DNA of 52,152 nucleotides from a virus (lineage: Duplodnaviria; Caudoviricetes): the IMG/VR virus record IMGVR_UViG_3300021197_001711, positions 1 through 52,152 of that record. One strand, 5' to 3'. Position 1 is the first letter of the stretch. Each line of letters starts with the position of its first letter. Made by a program: the position numbers and the translations under genes. A model generated the notes under the pieces. The model was not told where the DNA came from and ran no database searches. It was given only the letters and a program-made list of their open reading frames with translations. This document shows, in pieces, positions 45,071 to 52,152 of this stretch.

Positions 45071-45492
45071 CGAAGATATTGATAATGGGTCTGCCTGGTT
45101 CAGGCAAGACATGGCTTGCAGAACGATTGACGAAGCATCTTGACAACTGTGCTTGGTATAACGCAGATGTGATACGAGGTGCAGCTAATGATTGGGACTT
45201 TAGTCCAGAAGGTAGATTACGCCAAGCTAATCGAATGAAGACTTTTGCTGACTTTGAAGTATCCAATGGTAGATCTGTAATGTGTGACTTTGTTGCCCCA
45301 GTGCCTGCTGCAAGAGACCAGTTCGATGCAGACAAAGTGATCTGGGTCGACACTATAAAAGAAGGACGGTTCGAAGATACTAATAAAATGTTTGAAGCAC
45401 CGGCCGAAGTTGACATGCATATAGAGACGCATATGTCTGATGAAGAAATTGAAACGCTAGCACATCATATGATGGAGGATTGGAATGTTTGA
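45067..45492 (+). CDS. P-loop kinase, adenylylsulfate-kinase-like
   Basis: GLPGSGKT, NADVIR, WDFSPEGR, FEAP. Confidence 0.75.
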   Translation: MTKILIMGLPGSGKTWLAERLTKHLDNCAWYNADVIRGAANDWDFSPEGRLRQANRMKTFADFEVSNGRSVMCDFVAPVPAARDQFDADKVIWVDTIKEGRFEDTNKMFEAPAEVDMHIETHMSDEEIETLAHHMMEDWNV

Positions 45493-45895
45493 TTGGAATA
45501 AGCCCACAACACAAATGCTTGGACGATGGCAGCCTTGGCATGATGGACATACAGCACTGTTTAAGAAAGCGTTATTAGAAACAGGTCAAGTATGCATTCA
45601 GATACGAGACGTTGGTGGAATTGTTGGTACTGATGCTGGTGGGGGTCGTACAGACAACCAGAATGACAATCCTTTTGACTACGACACCGTTGTAGAAAAT
45701 ATCAAAGCTGGACTTGCTGAAGCTGGGTTTACTTATGACGAAGAGTATGTTATAATGCTTGTACCTAATATAGTTGACATCAGCTATGGTCGAGGAGTTG
45801 GATATACATTTACTCAACATGACTTAGGTGCCGACATACATGAGATTAGTGCCACGAAGATTAGAGAACAATTGAGATCTGATGGAAAAATATAA
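45485..45895 (+). CDS. HxGH nucleotidyltransferase (cytidyltransferase-like)
   Basis: GRWQPWHDGH, NPF, ISATKIR. Confidence 0.8.
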   Translation: MFDWNKPTTQMLGRWQPWHDGHTALFKKALLETGQVCIQIRDVGGIVGTDAGGGRTDNQNDNPFDYDTVVENIKAGLAEAGFTYDEEYVIMLVPNIVDISYGRGVGYTFTQHDLGADIHEISATKIREQLRSDGKI

Positions 45896-46236
45896 TGGAA
45901 GAGATGACAGACAAGTACGAAGTTATATTCAGAGAGGGCCAGGAAGAGAATGCTCTCATTCGAGTCCTTGAAGGTAAATTTGCTAACTTCGTTTATGAGT
46001 ATGGTCAAGTCAGTGTGAATGAAAGGACTGACGGTGATCTGAAAGTATCATTCACTTACGAGCTTAAGGAAGCACCCCAGAGTTTTGAGCCTAAAGATGA
46101 ACCAGCAGAGAAGAAAGAGTTTGAAGAAATGGCTGGAAATATATTATATGATATCGTCGTTAATACCGACCAAGTGAAAGAAAGGGTAAAGAAAACTAAT
46201 GGAATCGACAATACTAGCCAACCTGACGAAGGATGA
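45895..46236 (+). CDS. Hypothetical protein at the T4 gp40 position
   Basis: Lies between uvsX and gp41 and overlaps the gp41 start; gp40 identity is positional only. Confidence 0.55.
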   Translation: MEEMTDKYEVIFREGQEENALIRVLEGKFANFVYEYGQVSVNERTDGDLKVSFTYELKEAPQSFEPKDEPAEKKEFEEMAGNILYDIVVNTDQVKERVKKTNGIDNTSQPDEG

Positions 46237-47587
46237 GGAATACGCTCGTAAAGTAATCCCCTATATCAAGCCAGAGTATTTCAAGAATGCATCCGAACGT
46301 ATAATCTTAAATAAGATCCATGACTATGTAAACGAGTACAAGAGTGTACCGAATCGCAATACCCTCCTCATCGAAGTTGGTAACGATCAGAGCATTGTAG
46401 AGTCGGACTACAATGCGACTGTTCAAATGATTGAGTCGTTCCAGAGCGAGGACGTGTCCCACGACCGGGAATGGCTAATAGATAAGACCGAAGAGTTCTG
46501 CCAGCAGAAAGCTGTGTACAATGCCATCATGGAGAGTATACAGATTATCGATGGCAACAGCAAGACGAAGACGAAAGATAGTCTCCCTTCTATTCTCTCC
46601 GATGCACTCGCTGTGAGTTTCGACAACACTGTAGGCCATGACTTCTTAGATGATTACGAAGAGCGTTATGACTTCATGCACAGAGTCGAAGAGCGTATCC
46701 CTTTTGATCTTCAATATCTAAACAACATCACTAAAGGTGGTGTTCCTCGTAAGACACTCAACATTATCTTAGCTGGTACTGGCGTAGGTAAGTCACTCGC
46801 GATGTGTCACTTCGCTGCTAACAATCTTATGGATGGCAAGAACGTACTCTACATCACCATGGAGATGGCAGAAGAGAAGATTGCTGAACGCATTGATGCA
46901 AACTTAATGAATGTACCTCTCGATCAATTGATACAGCTTCCTAAGGATACGTATGATAAAAAGATCGATAAGCTGCGACAGCAAACACCTGGCAAGCTAA
47001 TTGTGAAGGAGTATCCTACTGCTGGTGCTCACGCTGGTCACTTTAGACATCTGATCAATGAGCTCAAGATCAAGAAAGGATTTACTCCTGATATAATCTA
47101 CGTCGACTATTTGAACATATGTGCCTCATCACGCATGAAAGGATTGGGCAGCTCGATTAACACATACAGTTTGATCAAATCTATAGCTGAAGAGCTTCGA
47201 GGTCTTGCTGTTGAGAAAGATGTACCTATCTTTAGTGCTACCCAGACAACGCGTTCCGGTTTCTCTAATTCAGATGTTGAGCTGACAGATACGTCCGAAT
47301 CGTTTGGCCTACCTGCAACAGCTGACTTCATGTTTGCGATCATCAGTACAGAAGAACTTCAGAAGCTCGATCAGATTATGGTGAAGCAGCTGAAGAATCG
47401 ATACAATGATCCTACAACAAACAAGAGATTTGTCATTGGGGTTGATCGGTCACGTATGAGATTGTATGATGTAGAACAATCAGCTCAAGATAACATCATG
47501 CAGGAACCTGAACATGACGATACAATTCCGGTATTTGATCGTGGAAAGAATGACAGATCACCAAGAGATTTCAGTAATTTATTTTAA
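46199..47587 (+). CDS. gp41: Replicative helicase gp41
   Basis: AGTGVGKS, ITMEMAE, VDYLN, SATQTTR, SESFGLPATAD, QLKNRY. Confidence 0.97.
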   Translation: MESTILANLTKDEEYARKVIPYIKPEYFKNASERIILNKIHDYVNEYKSVPNRNTLLIEVGNDQSIVESDYNATVQMIESFQSEDVSHDREWLIDKTEEFCQQKAVYNAIMESIQIIDGNSKTKTKDSLPSILSDALAVSFDNTVGHDFLDDYEERYDFMHRVEERIPFDLQYLNNITKGGVPRKTLNIILAGTGVGKSLAMCHFAANNLMDGKNVLYITMEMAEEKIAERIDANLMNVPLDQLIQLPKDTYDKKIDKLRQQTPGKLIVKEYPTAGAHAGHFRHLINELKIKKGFTPDIIYVDYLNICASSRMKGLGSSINTYSLIKSIAEELRGLAVEKDVPIFSATQTTRSGFSNSDVELTDTSESFGLPATADFMFAIISTEELQKLDQIMVKQLKNRYNDPTTNKRFVIGVDRSRMRLYDVEQSAQDNIMQEPEHDDTIPVFDRGKNDRSPRDFSNLF

Positions 47588-47624
47588 CTGATTGATATCC
47601 TTACATATTTTTCTTCTTAGATAT

Positions 47625-47659
47625 CAGCGGGTTACAATTTTTTTGTAACTCGTTGTTTT
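47625..47659. terminator. Inverted repeat / terminator-like hairpin after gp41
   Basis: CAGCGGGTTACAA-T5-TTGTAACTCGTTG (13 bp with two G-U), then TTTT. Confidence 0.55.
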
Positions 47660-47675
47660 GCGTGGGGTTAAAAAG

Positions 47676-47703
47676 TTGACCTTATGACTCAATCAGCTAT
47701 AAT
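47676..47703 (+). promoter_or_regulatory. Sigma70-type early promoter
   Basis: A-tract, TTGACC-16 nt-TATAAT, then SD GAGGAG. Confidence 0.75.
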
Positions 47704-47730
47704 GGGGTTATATCAATTGAGGAGATAGTT

Positions 47731-47883
47731 ATGTTTGGATATAAGATTCATTTGTATGATACTGATATGTTTATTGAAAAGGCATTTATGTCACTCGAGA
47801 AAGCTAAAGAGGTTGGACAAAAGTTAGGCATTGGTTATTCAATATACAAGGGCAGGGCTCGAGTGTATTCAAGATATTTGTAA
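47731..47883 (+). CDS. 50-aa early hypothetical protein (below ORF-track cut-off)
   Basis: SD GAGGAG; MFGYKIHLYDTDMFIEKAFMSLEKAKEVGQKLGIGYSIYKGRARVYSRYL. Confidence 0.7.
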   Translation: MFGYKIHLYDTDMFIEKAFMSLEKAKEVGQKLGIGYSIYKGRARVYSRYL

Positions 47884-47887
47884 GGAG

Positions 47888-48100
47888 ATGAGAATGGAAG
47901 ATAATATAGCGTATTGTGATTACATTGCTTATGTAATTCGTCAGGGTCTTTTGAAGCCTGATCCAGAAGAAATGATTGGATTGATCGGTCAGATTCAATG
48001 GGATCTCAATGAACTTGGTGCGTTCATGTCAACTAAAAAGACCTTGGAGGTTACAGACATGAATGGTAAAGAGTATGTTGTTACAGTAGAGGAAAAGTAA
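47888..48100 (+). CDS. Small early hypothetical protein
   Basis: SD AAGGAG supports a start at 47888 or 47894 rather than 47831. Confidence 0.65.
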   Translation: MRMEDNIAYCDYIAYVIRQGLLKPDPEEMIGLIGQIQWDLNELGAFMSTKKTLEVTDMNGKEYVVTVEEK

Positions 48101-48348
48101 TGATTAAAGTAATAGTTGCAAAAGGTAAGACCCCCATCAAGATACTCGAGTTTAACGAGCGTAAGGATGAGGATGCATTTAAGAAAGCATTTATTGAACT
48201 TGATCGAGCTGCCTGGAAGTTTGAATCTGGCCAGACTATCGGTTTGTTTCAACATAACAAACTACTTCGTTACTTCAATGACGAAGAGAAGGGCTGGGTT
48301 CATATGAACAACAATGGTATCTACGAAGGCTTGGGAGGTAAGCGGTGA
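48100..48348 (+). CDS. Small early hypothetical protein
   Basis: TAATG coupling, SD GAGG. Confidence 0.65.
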   Translation: MIKVIVAKGKTPIKILEFNERKDEDAFKKAFIELDRAAWKFESGQTIGLFQHNKLLRYFNDEEKGWVHMNNNGIYEGLGGKR

Positions 48349-48506
48349 AAAATTCTCCAGTAGTTGAAGGATTGATTGACGAGTTTTATGATGATGTTGA
48401 CTTATGTCGTGACTGGCTTTATGGACGAGGTGTTGTTACATCTGGTTTAGATTACGATGAGTTATGCGACCTGTTTGTCAAGTATAGTTTACAGGAGATG
48501 CTATGA
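48345..48506 (+). CDS. 53-aa acidic hypothetical protein (below ORF-track cut-off)
   Basis: GTG start, SD GGAGG, overlaps both neighbours; MKNSPVVEGLIDEFYDDVDLCRDWLYG... Confidence 0.6.
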   Translation: MKNSPVVEGLIDEFYDDVDLCRDWLYGRGVVTSGLDYDELCDLFVKYSLQEML

Positions 48507-48832
48507 TAGCAGTGCAAGAGACAACTAAATGGGATTTGGACTTTCAACCAAATTTCATTTATCTCTTGGACGGTGATAAGGCTCATGCCTATATAAATGG
48601 TAGTGGAGAACAAATCTACTTCAAGAAGCCATTAAAATTCAGCAAAGCCTATCGCAAGTTCAAGAAACTCAAAGTCAATCCATTTGACGTAGAGATTGAT
48701 TCGACACTCATCGAAGTGAAAGGATCGAAAGGACAAATATATTATGTGGATCCTGAAAAGCGTACATGTACTTGTACAGGATTTTCATTCAGAGGTAAGT
48801 GTAAACATATTGCGGAGGCATTAGGTGAGTAA
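48503..48832 (+). CDS. SWIM zinc-finger protein
   Basis: VKGSKG..YYV...CTCTGFSFRGKCKHI (CxC-x-CxH). Confidence 0.8.
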   Translation: MIAVQETTKWDLDFQPNFIYLLDGDKAHAYINGSGEQIYFKKPLKFSKAYRKFKKLKVNPFDVEIDSTLIEVKGSKGQIYYVDPEKRTCTCTGFSFRGKCKHIAEALGE

Positions 48833-49040
48833 TCAAAGACCAGGAAAGTTTAAGCCAGCTTCAATGCAAGGTGGCGATAATATGACAACTGTCAACTTTT
48901 TCAAGTATGCAAAAGAGATGCTTGAAGAGATTGGCCAGAATGATGCATCGTTCTATTTTGAGCAAGTAGAAGAACATCTCCGATCAGGCAAGAGCTTGGC
49001 ATCAGACAAGAATACAATAGCAAGGATCTTAGGCTTATGA
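48825..49040 (+). CDS. Hypothetical protein
   Basis: GTG start with SD GGAGG; overlaps both neighbours. Confidence 0.6.
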   Translation: MSNQRPGKFKPASMQGGDNMTTVNFFKYAKEMLEEIGQNDASFYFEQVEEHLRSGKSLASDKNTIARILGL

Positions 49041-50215
49041 GCGAATACGTACTAGCAAAAACTCTACCATCCCCACCTGACCTCAGAGACATACCTTATG
49101 TGTCTCCGTTTACAGAGAGCGAACTACCTACCTCAGTAGACATGAGAGGCGATGTATTTGAAATAGAAGATCAAGGTCCTATTGGAAGCTGTGTGGCAAA
49201 TGGAGTTGCTAGTTCGTGCGAGTTAATCGCAAATAGAAATAACAAGCCGATTGATCTCAGTCGTATGTTTCTCTACAATGCCACTAAGGCTTACGAAGGC
49301 AGGCTTGGAGAGGAAGGTCTATATACCAGAAATGCTTATCACATAGCATACAAGTATGGGATGCCCACCGAAGAGTATTATCCTTACGACCTTAGTAAGG
49401 ACAACATCGATCCTCCAACAGAGGCCTATCAGCTCGCCTCAGAGAATAGGATTAATCGATACGAAACCGTTACTCCAGGTCGCGTTAGACTCTATAGAAG
49501 TCAAGATGAGATTGACTTTATTAAATTCAATATAAAAGCAGCTCTACATGAAGGCTTGCCAGTTGGTATAGCTGTCAACATTATGACAGAGATTCTCGGT
49601 TTAACAGGACCTTGGCAACTACACAGCTATCCTTCGTATGGGGATTTTACCAATGGAAGAGATCTGGGTGGCCATTACATGCTTATAGTTGGATATGATG
49701 ACGACTGTGGTAAGTTTCTTGTTCAGAACAGCTGGGGTACAGATTATGGTGACAATGGTTACTGCGGTCTACCTTACGCAATTGTAGGTCATCCTTTCTT
49801 CGAAGGTTGGGTAGCAAGAAGTTTCAAAGATATGATCATACCAGAAGAGAAGGGTATAAAGCTCGAGCAACAAAGTAGGTATAGTCTGACAGCAAGGATT
49901 GTACCAGAAGAGGAAGAGATAGGTACTACGGTTAAGATATGGGTTGGTGCTGTTGATGGTGAAGGTAAAACCTATATCAAACAACCAGTAGAAAGTATTG
50001 ATAACGGTATACCTGGCTACTCGATGCCAGACGAATGGCTTCCGATCGAGCAGAGTGGACTTGTGCCGGCCTGTGACAACTACGTGCTCGACGAAGACAA
50101 CTACATCAACGTGATAAGATTCTTTGATCTGTCTGTAGTGAATGATGTGAGAGTGTACGTTGGGTATGGCGTCGACGAGCAGTCGATGAAGCTGAATAAA
50201 ATAGTTACATTATAA
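49037..50215 (+). CDS. Papain-like (C1A) cysteine peptidase with extra C-terminal domain
   Basis: LPTSVDMR, DQGPIGSC, GGHYMLIVGY, QNSWG. Confidence 0.9.
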   Translation: MSEYVLAKTLPSPPDLRDIPYVSPFTESELPTSVDMRGDVFEIEDQGPIGSCVANGVASSCELIANRNNKPIDLSRMFLYNATKAYEGRLGEEGLYTRNAYHIAYKYGMPTEEYYPYDLSKDNIDPPTEAYQLASENRINRYETVTPGRVRLYRSQDEIDFIKFNIKAALHEGLPVGIAVNIMTEILGLTGPWQLHSYPSYGDFTNGRDLGGHYMLIVGYDDDCGKFLVQNSWGTDYGDNGYCGLPYAIVGHPFFEGWVARSFKDMIIPEEKGIKLEQQSRYSLTARIVPEEEEIGTTVKIWVGAVDGEGKTYIKQPVESIDNGIPGYSMPDEWLPIEQSGLVPACDNYVLDEDNYINVIRFFDLSVVNDVRVYVGYGVDEQSMKLNKIVTL

Positions 50216-50218
50216 ATA
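50211..50218 (+). promoter_or_regulatory. T4-type late promoter
   Basis: TATAAATA overlapping the peptidase stop. Confidence 0.7.
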
Positions 50219-50249
50219 TAGGACACTCTATCGATCACGGAAACATCAA

Positions 50250-51194
50250 ATGGCCAAAGTCTATACAGGTTTATCAGCATCCAATCTGAGAGACAGGCCA
50301 GCACGTGCCCAAACGATGCTTGATAAAATAGAAAAAAATGAAGATTTCTATTTGACAGATGGATCTACAGTTAAGATAGATGCAGACAGCAGTGTTGAGT
50401 TTGTTCTAAGTTTGCATGAGCTGCTGAGAACTGGTAATCAGAGAAGATTGTCTGCTGCATCATTCAGAACCACAAGAGGTGTTCCTTTAAAAGTCACTGC
50501 TCTTGGTAAGTCTGGTGAATTTGGTGGCAAAGGGGCAGGTGGTGGAACTGTTGCTGAAGACCGAGCGCTAAGTGATGTGAGAAGTAAATTGATGGCCATC
50601 TTAGAAAAAGAGAAGAAGCCATTTATAAAAGTTAAAGTAGGGAAAGAAATTATTGAAGCAGCCGATATTATTTCCACACCTGGTACACCGAAATCCGACT
50701 TTCATTTTGTTGACGCATCGGGTCAGGAGGTGGCTTGGATATCTCACAAGGACGGTACTACTGCCAAAGCCTATCAACAGTACGGTGGGCTGACAGAATT
50801 GGACAAACTGTTTCCTGGACATCCTGAAATTAGAAAGTTCATTGAAGATACAAAGGCACTTACAAAAGGTCAATTTCAAACAGGTCAATCTTTTATGAGG
50901 CCGTTGAAAGATGATAAGATAAAAAAAGGTGCTGTCTATGGAATTGACTACATGAAGGCAACCGGCCGACAACATGTCAATATGCTTTGTCAAGGAATAA
51001 TGAATCTACAAAAGTCGGGTCAATATTATATCTTAAAATCTTCACACGATATGTCTTCTGGTACACTTCCCACTGCAGACTACAGATGCATGTTGTTTGT
51101 CAGAAAAGGCGACAGAAGTAACTTCGGTGTTGGTAGTGCCAGATATATGGTAGCTCCATATGCATTGAGAAGAGGAACAACTAAAGACATATGA
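50250..51194 (+). CDS. Basic protein, putative PD-(D/E)xK-like nuclease
   Basis: E...PKSDF-x-WISHK-x-YQQYGG pattern resembles restriction-endonuclease-fold cores; K/R-rich. Confidence 0.5.
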   Translation: MAKVYTGLSASNLRDRPARAQTMLDKIEKNEDFYLTDGSTVKIDADSSVEFVLSLHELLRTGNQRRLSAASFRTTRGVPLKVTALGKSGEFGGKGAGGGTVAEDRALSDVRSKLMAILEKEKKPFIKVKVGKEIIEAADIISTPGTPKSDFHFVDASGQEVAWISHKDGTTAKAYQQYGGLTELDKLFPGHPEIRKFIEDTKALTKGQFQTGQSFMRPLKDDKIKKGAVYGIDYMKATGRQHVNMLCQGIMNLQKSGQYYILKSSHDMSSGTLPTADYRCMLFVRKGDRSNFGVGSARYMVAPYALRRGTTKDI

Positions 51195-52152
51195 AATTTT
51201 CATCCTTCTTAACAGAACAAAAGAATGCTCACATGGAGCACCTAGAAGACATGATCTTCAACGATGGTGTCGATGGTGCGCGTCTTGCTATAAATTCATT
51301 GCGCTCGCTAAGAGATATGCTAGCCGGTGCAAGTGAAAAAGCTGTAAACGTGACGGTAAAATGGGATGGTGCTCCAGCAATCTTTGCTGGCGTTGATCCT
51401 TCTGATGGTAAATTCTTTGTAGCTAAAAAAGGTGTGTTCAATGTCAACCCGCAACTATTTAAAACAGAAGATGATATCAATAGAAGTCTTTCTGGTGACC
51501 TCGCTAACAAATTTAAGATTGCATTACGGGAGTTCTCAAAACTCGGTATTACTAAAGGAATGTATCAGGGAGATCTTATGTTTAGCCGGGGTGATGTTAA
51601 GGTCATCACTATCCGTGGTAGCAAATATTATACTTTTCAACCTAATACTATTGTATATGCTGTACCAGTCGATAGTGCGCTTGGTAGAGAAATCAAGAAC
51701 AGCAAGATCGGAGTTGTCTGGCATACAACATATACTGGATCCAGTCTCCAAAGAATGAAGGCATCGTTTGGCAAAGGTATTGCTAAGAAGATGAAGCCTT
51801 CACGATCTGTTTGGATGGACGATGCAACATACCGAGATGTATCTGGTAATGCAACATTCACAAAAGAAGAGACAGCAGAAGTCACCGAGCTACTATCCAA
51901 AGCTGGTAAGGTCTTTAGAACTATATCTGGTGAAGCTCTAAACGCTATTCGCGATGACGAGGAGTTGAAGCAAAAGATAAAAACATACAATAATACTTTT
52001 GTCAGAGCAGGTGAGCCATTCCCTAAACCTAAAGAGCATGTGAAAGGTTTGTATACGTATATAACGGATTGGTATCAGAAAGAAATAGACAAGAAGAAGA
52101 CGGAAAAAACAAAACAGGTTTGGACAGCAAAGCGTGATGTTGTACTCAAAAA
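51191..52152 (+). CDS. 3'-truncated conserved phage protein (DUF6267-like) with KxDG motif
   Basis: Open from ATG 51191 to the window end (not in ORF track): MKFSSFLTEQKNAHMEHLED...TVKWDGAPAIFAG...YQGDLMF...FQPNTIVY. Confidence 0.75.
   Translation, partial: MKFSSFLTEQKNAHMEHLEDMIFNDGVDGARLAINSLRSLRDMLAGASEKAVNVTVKWDGAPAIFAGVDPSDGKFFVAKKGVFNVNPQLFKTEDDINRSLSGDLANKFKIALREFSKLGITKGMYQGDLMFSRGDVKVITIRGSKYYTFQPNTIVYAVPVDSALGREIKNSKIGVVWHTTYTGSSLQRMKASFGKGIAKKMKPSRSVWMDDATYRDVSGNATFTKEETAEVTELLSKAGKVFRTISGEALNAIRDDEELKQKIKTYNNTFVRAGEPFPKPKEHVKGLYTYITDWYQKEIDKKKTEKTKQVWTAKRDVVLK

Noticed and set aside
43597-45895. A described phage NAD-reconstitution pathway
   Set aside because: The PRTase is purine-PRT-like rather than Nampt- or PRPP-synthetase-like; no support beyond the HxGH fold.
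4358-47587. Introns, inteins or homing endonucleases in gp17, gp20, gp23, gp43, uvsX, gp41
   Set aside because: All are uninterrupted and of normal length; no LAGLIDADG, HNH, GIY-YIG or intein motifs seen.
644-51990. All minus-strand ORFs and alternative-frame plus-strand ORFs in the track (e.g. 17065-17649, 10834-11184, 45021-45416)
   Set aside because: They overlap well-supported plus-strand genes, lack SD sites and motifs, and reflect codon bias or repeats of the real genes.
1-52152. Alternative genetic code, tRNA or rRNA genes
   Set aside because: Core genes are full length in the standard code and all three stop codons are used; intergenic gaps show no tRNA or rRNA features.

Overview
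This window is part of a T4-like (Tevenvirinae/Kyanoviridae-type) myovirus genome, probably a marine phage of a heterotrophic proteobacterium (inference from peptide deformylase, hsp20 and gene order; no photosynthesis genes here). All credible genes are on the + strand. It carries the neck/tail/packaging module (gp13-19), portal gp20, a ~9 kb fibre-gene island, head genes (gp67-like, gp21-23), gp3, uvsY/W, gp55/47/46, a 7-deazaguanine DNA-modification cluster (queE, queD, folE, dpdL-like, dpdA3-like plus nucleotide enzymes; no queC in the window), the replication module (gp45/44/62, regA, hsp20, gp43, uvsX, gp41), small early genes, a papain-like protease and two late genes. T4 late promoters (TATAAATA), sigma70-type promoters and UUCG terminators are clear. 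Most interesting: (1) a possible plug-and-socket chain of fibre proteins (C-terminal DGG/DFG peptides followed by genes with a shared N-terminal domain); (2) the predicted 7-deazaguanine-substituted genome, with hints of a nucleotide-level route; (3) a structured, riboswitch-like leader on folE; (4) a ROSE-type RNA thermometer on hsp20; (5) an antisense sigma70 promoter in the terminase region. All family assignments come from recognising motifs by eye; no database search was run.
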